Positions 1 through 16,064 of a DNA stretch of 64,000 nucleotides are shown here, piece by piece. This stretch comes from Syncephalis fuscata S228 (Eukaryota; Fungi; Zoopagomycota). The position numbers were made by a program, and so were the translations under genes. Position 1 is the first letter of the stretch. Every line of letters begins with the position of its first letter. Location: positions 62,001 through 126,000 of the forward strand of contig JAHLTZ010000038.1 in assembly GCA_025786725.1 (NCBI GenBank), in the 5' to 3' direction. The notes under the pieces were generated by a model that made no database searches, was not told the origin of the DNA, and saw only the letters and a program-made list of their open reading frames with translations.

Positions 1-312
1 AACGAACAATCTACAATAAAGGCAGGGTGATTACTTGGGGTGCCTTTCTAGATATAACAAAAGTTATGACGATGTACTACTGTAAACAACAACGACTATG
101 AACTGAAATAGACAAAGGTAGCAAGCACGAGAATGAGTAGGAGGATAAGTGGAAGAGGAAGAGAAGAGGGAAAGGGCAATGGTTGAAACACGTGTGCAAG
201 GCCAAATACCAAAAGCATTAATACTAATGACAATAATATGTTAGTGGAAATCTATTGGAGGCTTATTATCTGTATGTGCCATCATCACTATGAGCAATTA
301 AAGATGTTAGGA

Positions 313-333
313 TGTGTGTGTGTGTGTGTGTGT
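313..333. repeat. (TG)10 microsatellite
   Basis: Perfect TG dinucleotide run seen directly. Confidence 0.9.
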
Positions 334-739
334 ATACTATCATTAAACGACGTGCTTAAAAGACACCGTCTCAAGAATAACCAGTATTAAAGGAAAAAGC
401 CAATATTTTATACATCAATCAATAGCGTCTTTGTATTAATTAGTAACAATACAATAAATAGAATATGAATTAATAAATTACAATATAACTGAAAAGTATG
501 AAATAATGTTTATTTGCAGTATTATTCTTATGGTCATAGGTGTTGTTTTAATGGTAAATGAATTCATTGACTTTTTACTCATTTCGTTAATAGTGGGAAA
601 CACATAAAATATTTATCATTTGGTGTATTTCTGTAGTAGTAGTAGTAGTTTACATGAAGATTAAAAATAATAAAAGATGATTTGGATTGATTGAATCGTT
701 CAGTATTGTTAATAGATGAAAGAAGAATAGTTGTTGTCG

Positions 740-3700
740 TTAAACAGTACTAATTAAAAAGTTAAATTCGCTATCGGGTGAAGCTACAGGTCGGTCGACC
801 TTTGAAGAAGCCATATTAGAACCTAATGATGGATGGATGACTTATTAATACATCCATTCACACACACACACACATCTATTTATATAGATTATTCTATTTA
901 CCTGTAGCGGTGATGACTTGGGGATTGCCCAAGGTTTGGTTGAGGTGCTCGATCCATTGACGCCAGAAATTGGGGTCTCCGCTTGGAAGTAGAAAGAGCG
1001 ATCCACTTTATCCATTATAACAAATGCATTCGCTATTTGATCGGAGGGCACCTCAAGTACACTCGCTGCTTCAAGATCAATATGGCCCTTGTAATACAGT
1101 TGGCCACCATCCTTTTCCTTAGCGAATACCAATAAATCGTTAAATAGGAAACAGACCCGCTGTTTTGTCTTGTCGGTCAACATCATCATTTGTGACAAGT
1201 TGCCTTGATAGATTAGTTGGCGGGTGGGTGTGGCCAGTGGCATGGTTAAACCCTTGAGCGATGCCTGCACCTGTCTAACCTCTTCACCTTGTCGAACAGT
1301 GCGGGCCCTGTAAATAGAAGCGAGTGGATGATGGGTTAGTGTGGTAAACTTAATAGCCGTCACATAACTTACAGTTTAGCCGATTCCGATTTGATTTGAC
1401 GGATTTGCTTTACACATTTCATAAAACCGTGATATTCTGGATCTTCATACGAATACAGTTCCAGTATCTTTTGTAGAAATGTGTGGTAGTGGGTAATATG
1501 TTCAAGTGGATTGCTTAACAAGGCACGAATGTTAATATGCTCTACTTGTTCGGCACACTCCTATTAAATACACATCCATTAATACCATTATGACATACTA
1601 TAACAATTAGCTTACTTCTAATGTACGGCGGAATAGTTGGTTGCTTGAATAGAGTTCGTCAAAGGTGGCCATCATATCTGGATACTGCTTCATATAATGA
1701 AGATAGAATCTAAATCCTGGCATCTATTTTAAATAATGAGCTACTGCCATCTATAATAGATTATGGATGTAACTACTTACATGGTTGTTAAAGGCGTTAT
1801 AAGCATTTTCTAACGTGCCAGTCTGTGCGTGTTCTTTAATACTAAATAGTATTAATATTAGTAAAACAGTCTTGTTATTTCTATACTACATACGCTCGTT
1901 CCAAGTCACGCAGAAACATTTTGTGGAATTGAATGGTTTTAATGGCACATGCAAAAATGCAATCCAATTTCTCTTCAGTGAACACCTCGGTCGATGTCTG
2001 TTCTACTTGTTGTTGTAGTACTTTGCGTAATGGATCGGCAAATGCACCTTTAAGTAAAACAAGACCTCTTAAATGCTTTTGCTCACACCGAATTAAATTA
2101 AAGACAGCCTTTCTACGATCCGTCTCTAACTGTTCCATTTCTACGAGTAATTATTAGACATTAGTTACAGTTTGTACAACTAACTAACTAGCTAACTAAT
2201 TAGCTAATTATTTACCTTCATCATCGAGCCATTCACTTTCGTCGTAATCATCGTCGCCGTTAATGTTTTGATTGAACATGCTCACTCTTACAGCTGGTTG
2301 ATTGACCATATTTACTGATGAGCCATCCAGATTGAGCGATGGCGGTGACAATAAGCCATTGTTTTGGCTCACTTGGTTTCTCTAATCTTCTTTACTAGAT
2401 AGTCGCGTCGTAATTGGGCGGCTTCTGACGGCAATAGTATAGTTTGGTAGTCACGTACATCCAAACCAGATCCTTGGACCGACCAGCGAGCCTTGTTAAA
2501 GCGCTGTTTACTATTAGATCTCATTATACGCTCATAATTGCTAATCTCGGCCAATGGATCCGGTCTAATCGGTGCATTATCGCTAAAATCTACAGGTGCC
2601 GATTCAGAGCGTTCACGCATATAACCTATATATTAGTTAGTTAGTTAATTAATTAATTACTAATTACACTAGATTTAATAACTTACAGTCGCTATTATTG
2701 TTGTTGTATCTAGTATTGCTCTCTGGGTGTTGTCTATTTTTTCTACCAGAGAATATTCTTTTGAGTACTGATTTCTTTTTAAATACAATACCGTTGCCAT
2801 CAGGAAATGCATCAGGCTGTACTATAATCGGTTTTAATCCAGCCGAGTCAGACTGATCCTTCTTCAAAGCAAACATATCAGATAGTTTATTCACTGTACT
2901 ATCTGGCTGATGTCCACGATGATCTGATACCATAGTAGACATTTCCTTGGTTGTAGAGACAGATTTACTACGGCCACGGCCAACTTGATTTAACAATTCA
3001 GACTTGTCACCGCTAGTGGCATCATCTTTTGATTTGCCACTATTTGGCGGCGAGTTGCTCTTTTGCCGCTTGACAAGTGTTTTAGTACTCCAAGTAATAA
3101 ATTTTGGACTTAATGACAACTTTGTCTTTTCGTTTTATTGTTGGGCGTGTCGAGTTGTTCAGTAATGGGGCCAAGTAGTTCTTTTGCTTTATTCGGTGTA
3201 GTTAGATCGTAACTAGTTACCGGACGGGCATGTATCGATCGACTGGATCGAAGTCTTGCCGTAACCGGTACCAATGGCGGTGGTGATGGCAATGATGACC
3301 ACAGTAACATTTCTTCACTTTCACGTTGACTATTTAATTCAACGCTACTTTGTGGTCGCACACCACTGCTATTAGTGTTATTGCTGCCACCCATACTATT
3401 GATGCTATTAATGAGATCATCATCATCGGTTAATAGATCAACATTAATGTTAAGAAACCACTTATTATCTGGCTCTAAAAATGAATCCAGTAGCTCATTG
3501 CTAATTCTAGCTGGACGTTTTCAGCTGATTCATCAGTAATGTCAGATAATCTATGGCTCTTTCCGACTGCTTATTCTTTTGCTTATTGCTATTATTAACC
3601 AGTAACGATAAGCGGTAATTAGCTTTAACGACTCGTTGGAATTCGTTGGTTCAATCTCTTCCCAAAACGATAGTAGTTCTTTAGTCATTTCACTTAATTC

Positions 3701-4026
3701 GCCATGAGGTGTTAGCGGTGTCATGGGTAGCATATCGGTCGGATGACTGGATGGTTGGTCATCAGACGCGGAATGTACACTACTCGGCGATAAACAAGGT
3801 GATGGCGGTGGCGGTGATGGCAGTTGCGTATCCGCATCAGTTGTTGGTGCAACAGGCGCACCTGTATACACCTCGGATAGATGCGAGGCTTTACGCGCCA
3901 TCTCGTTCGCTACCATAGAATGGATATTTTTAAACGCATTAATTGGCTAGGCTCTTTGCTCATTGGTACAGACTCTGGCGAAGCCGTAAATGCGTCAACG
4001 GGGATCATTGGATTAAAGGACGTCAT
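740..4026 (-). CDS. Rho guanine nucleotide exchange factor (DH-PH), multi-exon, with several apparent -1 frameshifts
   Basis: DH start RRKAVFNLIRCEQKHLRGLVLLKGAFADPL; DH helix LLSNPLEHITHYHTFLQKIL; PH domain RQLIYQGNL...RVCFLFNDLLVFAK...FYFQAET followed by WRQWIEHL after a 1-nt shift. Last exon GSNMASSKV...STV* ends at 740. The long S/P-rich N-terminus and the start at 4026 are inferred across frameshifts. Confidence 0.8.
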
Positions 4027-4483
4027 AGCGCACCAATACTAATAAAATGGCACTGCTTATTATTATTATTATTACTATTGCGGGTATTATTACGGGTATT
4101 AATCTTGTTGCTGTGGTTGTTACTACTAGAAGGGTGGTTATATAGGTCGACGTCGCAATAGCCAACGGTAATACACTAGGATTAAAGACAGATATGAACA
4201 ACTAGATTTACAAAAGGAAACCGAGAAAATTGGAAAACACAGTAGTGAACAGAGGGCATTGATGCAGAAGAGACGCATGATACCACGCATTTTTGGAAGA
4301 TGTCAAGGGCGCATGGTACACACACAGCACGGCCATATGTTCAAGTTACCACATGAATCTATTGTTGTGTACTACACGTGCTCAATTGTCTACTTAAGCT
4401 AATAACGCAAATCGTTCACTTTAATAAACAGGTCACATTGTAGCCATATTGGTGTGATGGCCTAGTTATTTATGGCAATTTAT

Positions 4484-7842
<3,359 letters not shown>

Positions 7843-8350
7843 ATTGGTATAGTAGTAGTAGTGTTGTTGTTGTTGTTGTTGTTGAGATGGTTAGTGTTAA
7901 TGCAGCAATAATACGAAGGAATACAAGTTACTCTGGATGTGTATCCACATGAATATGATTGGCAATAGTGCAGTAGCAGCAACAATAGCCACATCATCAT
8001 TACTATAATTATCGTGGTAATTTGCTGATCAATAACGATTGGCGTAATCCTTTAATCCATAATGATTCAATAACTTTAATGATTCGGATTCAACCGGATC
8101 CAGATATCGGAAAAAATTTGCACAATCTCCGTGTTTATCGTCATTATTTAAATTCGCACTCAAACTAGTGGGCCTTACATACTAAATACTGTGTGTGTGC
8201 GGGTGTGTACCAGTTAGCAAACGAGTAGAAAAGTACTTGCACGCGCCTGTCTCGTTCCGTAACGGCCCGCCGCTTCTTCTTCTTCTTCTTCTTCTACTTT
8301 TTACAGTTCAGCATACGATCACCAGCGTAGCTGTAGTACTGCTATTAGCC
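7843..8350. promoter_or_regulatory. Short bidirectional promoter region between SEC18 and the phosphate carrier
   Basis: Head-to-head start codons about 500 bp apart; ATTGG (CCAAT box) near 7958 and 8038; (CTT)n leader before the PIC2 ATG. Confidence 0.55.
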
Positions 8351-9555
8351 ATGTCTTTGTACCCATCTAAGGATGCGCTGAAGGCGCTGTCACCGACCGG
8401 CTTCGTGGCTGCATCACCCGTAGAAAAAAAAGCCACGCCATTTGTTGCGGCTTCTGCCATCGAGATGTACTCGCCAGCTTTCTACTACACCTGCGCTGTT
8501 GGTGGTGCTATGGCCTGCGGTCTTACGCACACCTTTGTTACACCGCTTGATCTTGTAAAATGCCGTCGCCAGGTATGTAGCAATCTGCGTAGCTGTATAA
8601 TCAATAAACTGTGTATATGTCTTTTGTTTATGCTAACAATATATGCCATGTGACTAATACACTTTATTTTCTGTTCTAATTAGGTCAACCCAACCTTGTA
8701 CTCGGGTATTTTTGACGGCTGGAGAAAGATCGGCTCGGCTGAAGGTATCAGCGGTCTATACACTGGCTGGGCTCCAACCTTGATCGGTTACTCGATGCAG
8801 GGTGCCTGCAAGTACGGTTTCTACGAACTTTTCAAGAAGAAGTTCACCGACTTGGCCGGTGAGGAGAACGGCTACAAATACCGTACTGCTCTATACCTCG
8901 GTGCCTCCGCTTCCGCCGAATTGATTGCCGATGTCGCTCTATGCCCAATGGAAGCATTGAAGGTGCGCATGCAAACTTCAACCACTCCATTTGCCTCCAG
9001 TGCCGTCGCTGGCTTCCAAAAGATTGTTGCTACCGAAGGTGCCAACGGTTTGTTCAAGGGTCTAGCTCCATTGTGGATGCGTCAAATTCCATACACCATG
9101 ATGAAGTTTGCCTCGTTCGAAAGCATTGTTGAAGCCATCTACAAGAACTTCTTGTCACGCCCCAAGGATGAATACAACAAAGGACAACAGCTCGGTGTCT
9201 CTTTCTTGGCTGGTTACGCTGCCGGTGTTCTCTGCGCCATTGTTTCTCACCCAGCCGATACACTCGTCTCCAAGTTGAACAACGTCTCAAAGGCCGAAGG
9301 CGAATCCACCGGTGCCTTGTCCATGCGTATCATGCGCGATCTCGGCTTCAGCGGTATCTGGCGCGGTCTAGATGCCCGTATTGTGATGATCGGTACACTT
9401 ACCGCTTTGCAATGGGGTATCTACGACTCCTACAAGGTCTACGCTGGATTGTAAGTACCATTATAGAATAATATGACTATTAGCATTTACTAACACGATA
9501 TATGCTATATGTTAGGCCAACCACTGGCTCTGCTGCCCCCAAGAAGGAGGAATAA
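8351..9555 (+). CDS. PIC2: Mitochondrial phosphate carrier (PIC2/SLC25A3 type), 3 exons
   Basis: Carrier signature repeats [20 protein letters not shown] and [10 protein letters not shown]; [14 protein letters not shown]; [10 protein letters not shown]; last exon [13 protein letters not shown]. Strongly C-ending codons. Confidence 0.93.
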
Positions 9556-9852
9556 CTCTGTCTTTACTGCTAATAGTCCCCCTATCTAATCATTGGATGA
9601 TTTTATACGATATACATGTCGCCATCTGGCTATGCATGTATGCGTGTCGTTGCTTTTGTTTAGAGAAAATGAAATTTTTCAAATCAACAGCCTATTTATT
9701 AGTGCATATGATGTTGCAATGCTTATAAATCATCCATGTTTGGTAAAAATAAAAGAGAGTAATAGTGATAGTAATAGAGAAAGAGCTTATAAAGAAAAAC
9801 AGTAATAATATTGCGTTAAGAAAGTAGATTGGAACTGAATAAATCCGTTGTG

Positions 9853-11838
9853 TTAGTTGGCTAGCTTACGACTATCTTGTACTAAGCCAGCAACTAAAGG
9901 ACGTGGATCAATAACTGACGGAATCGGAATGGACATGGCCTCAAAACCATCGGCAATACGACACGTCCAGTTGTTCATATACTCCTTAAAGCTTATTATA
10001 TAGGCACGTAGACGTTGTATAAATTCCGGTAGCCTAGCCAGTGCCTTTTCACGTTCGAGCCGTTGCTGTAGTAGTCGTTCTGCCGCCAAACGTTCCTGGT
10101 AGATGTTGCGGAAACGTTCCACGGCTTCGAGTGACTCAGAGAAACGGGCCAGTGTGTTCATTAAGGTAACAAGCTCGTAATGGCTTAGTAGATCGTGTCG
10201 AGTATGAGCATTGAAGCTATCGTCGTTATAAGAGAATAAAATCTTTAAAGCAGTACCAATGCCTGATGTTTGAATCTTGCCCCAAAGACGGCACTTTTCA
10301 CATCCAACACAGTCCATAATACGAGAGATATTGCGGAAATGATGCTTAAACTCATCCTTTAGCCGTAGTGTACCGGCATTGTTAAACAGTGTATTCTCAT
10401 CAAATGTACTTGGACACGACATGGTCGTTTGTACCACTTGATTCATTAATCGCTATATAATTTATAATTATTCCAGGTTAGATTTACAACATTAGACTAA
10501 TAGCCATTCACCTTAATCTTTGAATCTTCATAAGCATCACTGGCACCAAAACGATAGTTTTCTAAAAAGGGTGCCATTTTTGTGACGGCTCTTAGCAGTA
10601 AAACGTAGTTGAAATAGACGTTTTGTAATCGCTCTGGATGTTTGCCAATACGTGTAATAAAGCAGTCGAGATTATGTTCCCATTGATTAGTTTCATGATT
10701 GAAATGCTCGTCACAAATATGAATTGAAATTGAAGCGTGTAATCCTATTTAAAACAGCCATGAATAATAAATACTAATTAACCAATTGCTTATTAATAAT
10801 TACCGGATAGAATACGATAAAATATACGCTTTTCCGTGCATACTTCAACAGAACCTTGGTCCTGATCACTGCCAAGTGCTTTCAGCAAGGGTGGCAGCTG
10901 ATCAGACTTTTTCGGCGACGTGGCAAATGGCTCTTCAGGAATGCCTACATCTTTTACCATTCCAAAACAATTTTCTTCGTAAATGGCACTCCAAATACGC
11001 CATGATCCTTCGCCAGTGTATCCGGTAAATCGCTCAGGATTTTTTGTTAAATCCACGAAGCTTCCCTCTATATTATAAAAAAGTCAATTATATTTAATTT
11101 ATAAATAACTAAAATTAATTAACTAACTACCTGATGACATTTCATCTTCTAGTACACAAAAATCTTTATCAGGTATCGTGTAACGTTTAAATGGTAATAA
11201 ATTCTAATATTCATTATTATAAATTGTTAATATTTACTAACCAATTGTATCAACACTTACATTGGCTGGTGTAAATTCATTCATATCAACAACAGATTTA
11301 GACCATCTTTCTGGCATATTTTTCTAATATTATCATTAATAGTAATTAATTAGCAGATTTATTAATACACTAAATTTAAAATACTATATGCTTACCTCCA
11401 CTTTAACTGCACAGCTACGTAAATTGCACTTATCGTCCTTGTCCCAGAATGAACATCCTTTATTCAAATCCATCTATTTCACAGTTGTTATCTATTAGTA
11501 ATACAGTCTGATTATAACATTAATAAACATCTACCTTAACATATTTAAAGAACGGCGTACGCGTGAGTTCATAGAGTGTAGGGGCCAGTTTATTTGTAAT
11601 ACCCTCGACTGTTTCATAGTCACAGCAAGTCTCGCTAATTCGACCAGAAGGCTATATATATATACGCGTGAATATAACCAATAGTATACAGACAAACAAC
11701 TTACACTACAATATTCTCGTCCAGATTTCTCCATCACTTGTTCAAGGAATTCTTCTGGAGGTGCAAAAAAAGCACCAGTTAAGCGAATAGTCCCATCAGG
11801 GCGACAACGCCAACCAATAGCTTTGAATGCCGCATCAT
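9853..11838 (-). CDS. ERO1: ER oxidoreductin Ero1, multi-exon
   Basis: DLTKNPERFTGY; EKRIFYRILSG; FRNISRIMDCVGCEKCRLWGKIQ (CxxCxxC). Signal peptide MMRHSKLLVGVVALMGLFA(L)TGA joins the mature frame if one T is restored near 11781. Confidence 0.95.
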
Positions 11839-12504
11839 GCAAAGTTCAAATCAAATAGTAAAAGCACTATCAAATGCGCTGTCGTAGCAGAATGCACAGC
11901 ACTCGGGTATATACCAACGACAAGAGATGCAAACGAGATAAAAGCTTGGAAACTGTAAGCGAATGAATGGGTAAGTGAGTGAGTGAGTGAGTGAGTGAGT
12001 GTTTGAAGAAGAAGAAACAAGTATTATGATGATAATTCAAGTAAAACTAATAAACAATGATGCATTGTTTAATCATGATTGGTCTAGACGCTGATAAAAC
12101 TCTTTATTTAGCTTGAAGTATCGGCATGGTCGGCATTATTTTGATTCCCATATCGAGTCCTCAAAGCAAAATCGTTCCAATTGAAGCCAATGCCGTTATG
12201 CATAACAAAACACAATTATAATGTTTTCATTTGATTCTTTGGAATTCATGAGGCCAGCCATTGTTGTTGTTGTCCACGTTTAGAAGAATTGATTGCTTAG
12301 TAATAGAATCTATGTGATTGCGACTCCATGTTGCTCCGCAATCGTTGTTGTTGCATTAATATACATGCTATGTACCATTTCATTTTTAACTTTTAATTTT
12401 AATACTTGTTAATTAAGTTAAATAGACTGTATCATCATATAAAACATTATGTCATTTAACATTATTATACAATTTAATTTAAGCTATTATCCATTTATTA
12501 TCAT

Positions 12505-13358
12505 TTGTGGTTAAAATGACTATATTTACTGATATTCAATCTACTGAACATGATAATGGGTGGTGAATGACGTCAGGGTCAAAATACTCGTCATCATAGA
12601 TTTATTATCCAATATGCATATACCCGGTACACATATATCCTTAGTCGTTATATTATTCCAATTCTATTCCATACTACTATATATCATATAATGATATACT
12701 AGACACATTCTACTGTTTATGTGTTTCAATACACTCCACTCATTCCCTCATTGCATTATATGCACTGTAACTTCAACATCGTTTTATACTTTCTTACCAT
12801 ACATTTATCATTTTATATATCATTCTATACTCGCATAGTCTTCCTCTACCCAAAACTACTTTTATTTTTGTTTTAGCTTTATTATTAATAAATTTGACTA
12901 ATGTCGGTCTCTGCTCATGCATATATGCTCATTAGCTCGAACATTGCTAATCTCGTTCAATATTGCATATTCATTATAACGTTTATCATTTTATTATATA
13001 TTGGCCATACGCTGTCTATAACCGTTGTCGGTATGGTTCCAGCTTTTTTATTAATAAAATTGACATATTGCACTTAGTTTGTTCACTGAGTTATATTAGT
13101 AGAACAAACAACATGAGTGTGAACGAAGTTATGTTTTATTAAGATTATTTATAAATAAACTAGATCATGCTAACTAGTTATGGTTTAATGTTAATCAAGC
13201 AAAGTGATGGGTATATATAGCAATAACGCATACTGTGGTGATATATGCATACTATATAATTAATCTACTATGATGAGTATTTGATAATCAATGTCACTCA
13301 CCATCCAGCATCATGTTCAATAGGCTGGTTGTTATTAAAAATAGTCATTTGACCACCA
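12505..13358. mobile_element. Non-autonomous inverted-repeat element (MITE/Mutator-like), copy 1
   Basis: About 115 bp imperfect terminal inverted arms (tggtggtcaaatgacta...ctattgaacatg...aatactcatc...tatgcatata) around a ~620 bp non-coding core. The core recurs nearly identically, in inverted orientation, at 22.7-23.35 kb and 35.0-35.64 kb. Confidence 0.85.
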
Positions 13359-14685
13359 GATCATGTTAAATGTTAATAAATAAGACAGTAATAAATAAAT
13401 CATTGGCACTATTATTAAAATAGTTGGTGTAGATGCAGTATTGAATGTAGCTACTTGTAATCTAGCCATTCAAATATCAATGACTTTAATTAAATATATG
13501 TACTAGTATTTTAGTTTTAATAAACAGAATAAGCACAACATTAGACAAACTAGTAATGGATTCACAGTGTTATGTCGATTCGGCAAACACCTCATACGCT
13601 TTTTATTAAATCTACCATTTCAATGTAATATATGTATAGTACCCACCACCTCCCTCTTTATTACCACCACTTCAATCAAACCAAAGCATTTAGCAGATGC
13701 GCAATAGCAATGCCAGTTAGTGTTGGGTAATATAAACCAGATATGTCCCATTTAGAATCCAGCCCAAACAATAGTACCAACGACAGTATACAGTATTGTT
13801 GTCGATGCTTGTGCCAACGAATTCTATAGTTGGTATTGTAAGTTGCATGCAAAATATTTGTGCCCGATAACAAATGCAGTTCAGATATACTTGTTGATCC
13901 GGCACCAATGGTTGAATAGCTATAATAAAAGTGCGTTAGTATTGTTTAGTAGTAATAAGCACCTACATCTAGTTGATTGTTCCTTGCGTATAGTTTATAG
14001 TGTACATGAGTGTAGTTGTTTGTGTATTGTTGTTATTTGTTATACAAATAAACTAGAAATGTTGTTAAAAGTTGTTAAACAAGATAGCAACTAGTACAGA
14101 AACTATGCGTCCACCTGGAGTACTGACAATACTACGACTTAATCGTAAATAACATTTGTCAGAAGCACATAGCTTTTACTAGCCACCATCAAGATGGCGA
14201 TGCTGCTTAATAAATGTCATAATGTTACGTGGCTATAAGCAGCATAAACTACTGGTTCACCCAATTGTAGCTGATGTATAAAGCCAGACGCATATAAATA
14301 CTACATCATATTATGACTAAACAACATGTTGTCATATACTGATGCACTATGAAAAGATTACAGTATAACAACTAGTCTACGCTACGATGTAATCAACCGT
14401 AGAGATGTAATTATTTCGGTCGCTAGTCCAGTCAGTAGCATCGTCATAATTTTTCCAAACGGTAGTTAAAATTAATACATGTCGACTAGTGCCATACTGC
14501 AGTCGTTTAACAGCACCACAAGTAAACAGTATGATACATGTTCACCTATATAGCATCGCATATCTCATCAATCTAGTGTGTGATGACAGTGTTCAGCAAG
14601 TTGAACAATACCAACACACCTCCAGCGCGCGTTACAAACAGTGAGCACTAACATATGGCCACCCATCACAGGTCGCCGCATCCAT

Positions 14686-14857
14686 ATGAGGGAAACACAG
14701 CAATAACTGACTTGCTAATACTGTTGCTGCGCGCTCTAGCCTTTACAGGAGGGAGCATAGAGCAGTATTAAGCTAATACTGTGCGCCTAGCGTCCCCATG
14801 AGAGAGCGTGCAGCAATACCGACTTATGTCCTATCACTGCACGCTCCAGCATCCCAC
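14686..14857. repeat. Three tandem 51-61 bp hairpin units
   Basis: Units start with atgaggg/aggaggg/atgagag and end with ctagc or ccagc. Stems: cagcaata/tgttgctg, cagtatta/taatactg (perfect), gagcgtgcag/ctgcacgctc (perfect). Confidence 0.7.
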
Positions 14858-16064
14858 ATATCTCCGCACTACACTAGTATACAGCCGCCTATTACGGGCA
14901 GCCATATAATTGTTGAGCCAGTATAATACAGCAGTCTGCAAATACTGTATTGCACATTCAACACAGCTCACAAGTAAGAACACAGTATATCGTGATCAAC
15001 CAACAAGGGGACCCACACCACTGGATGTAACTACTAGATTTAATGCTAACCATTAACAAACGGTTTACAGCACTTAACAACTAGAAACAGGAGAAGGCGA
15101 GATAATGAGCAAAAGTAAGCTCAACACAACCTTATAAACTTACTTAAAACATATCTACCAATTAGAATGGACAATATTGGTAAATAGTGTGGTAGCTGCT
15201 CATTGGCGTATTGCACTGACTGAACCTTCTAATGTCAGATACCATCTTATCAGTATATTGGATTATAATCCCTTCCTTATTTCCATATTTGCTCACTTTT
15301 TGCCTTCCATTTGCCGGTCATTTCCGCGCATAATCAGCATATCTACACTGGCTAGTTGAATCAATTGGCCAATGCAACTGAAACATAGCCAAATGCAACC
15401 ATTCTTAATCAGTTGTACCACTATAATAGCGGCTCTTTCCGATGCTATCAATATTTTCAGGGTCTAGCGGGTATTTTTGCTTTCCCCAACATTCTTGCCA
15501 TTCCGCACACAATTAAATCAGTCGATCCACACAATTTATTACTGTATTAGTTAAATAAAAATGACTACTTTTCTTTAGAAATATGGTCTATAACATAATT
15601 CACCGATTGAGTTTCAATGCACTAAATAGAAATAAAATACACGTTGTTCATATTACATTACAAAGTCCGTTAAAGCTATGAAGTAAAAACAGGAATAAAC
15701 ACGTAACCATATCGACTGCAAAGGCCAACATGAAAACCAGTATAATGTGGCACATGCATGCTTGGCCAAGTGACTATATAAATACCGATATGCACAATAG
15801 TTTGCCATACAACTTAGGACTGAGCTATAGCATCAGTAAGCAGAACATACTACAAGTATAATGCTATTAATTGTAAAATAAAGTATACTATCGTTATATT
15901 ACCTTCAATACTGCTGATATTGTGTTATTGTGTGTCTTTAAATTTATAATGACGCAATAAACATAACTGTTTTGCTTTGCTTTCTGCTACCACTTTACTT
16001 TGAGTTTTACTTTCACTTTGGAATATCATCCGTTTTGACATTCATATTGAACACTTTTATCACT

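Noticed and set aside
14686-14857. CRISPR-like interpretation of the hairpin units
   Set aside because: Eukaryotic context, only three degenerate units, no constant repeat with unique spacers, and no cas genes.
15284-15303. 20-mer catatttgctcactttttgc matching 31967-31986 (reverse complement, 19/20) upstream of two accessory genes
   Set aside because: A rough estimate gives about one such match by chance in an AT-rich 64 kb self-comparison, and there is no flanking similarity.
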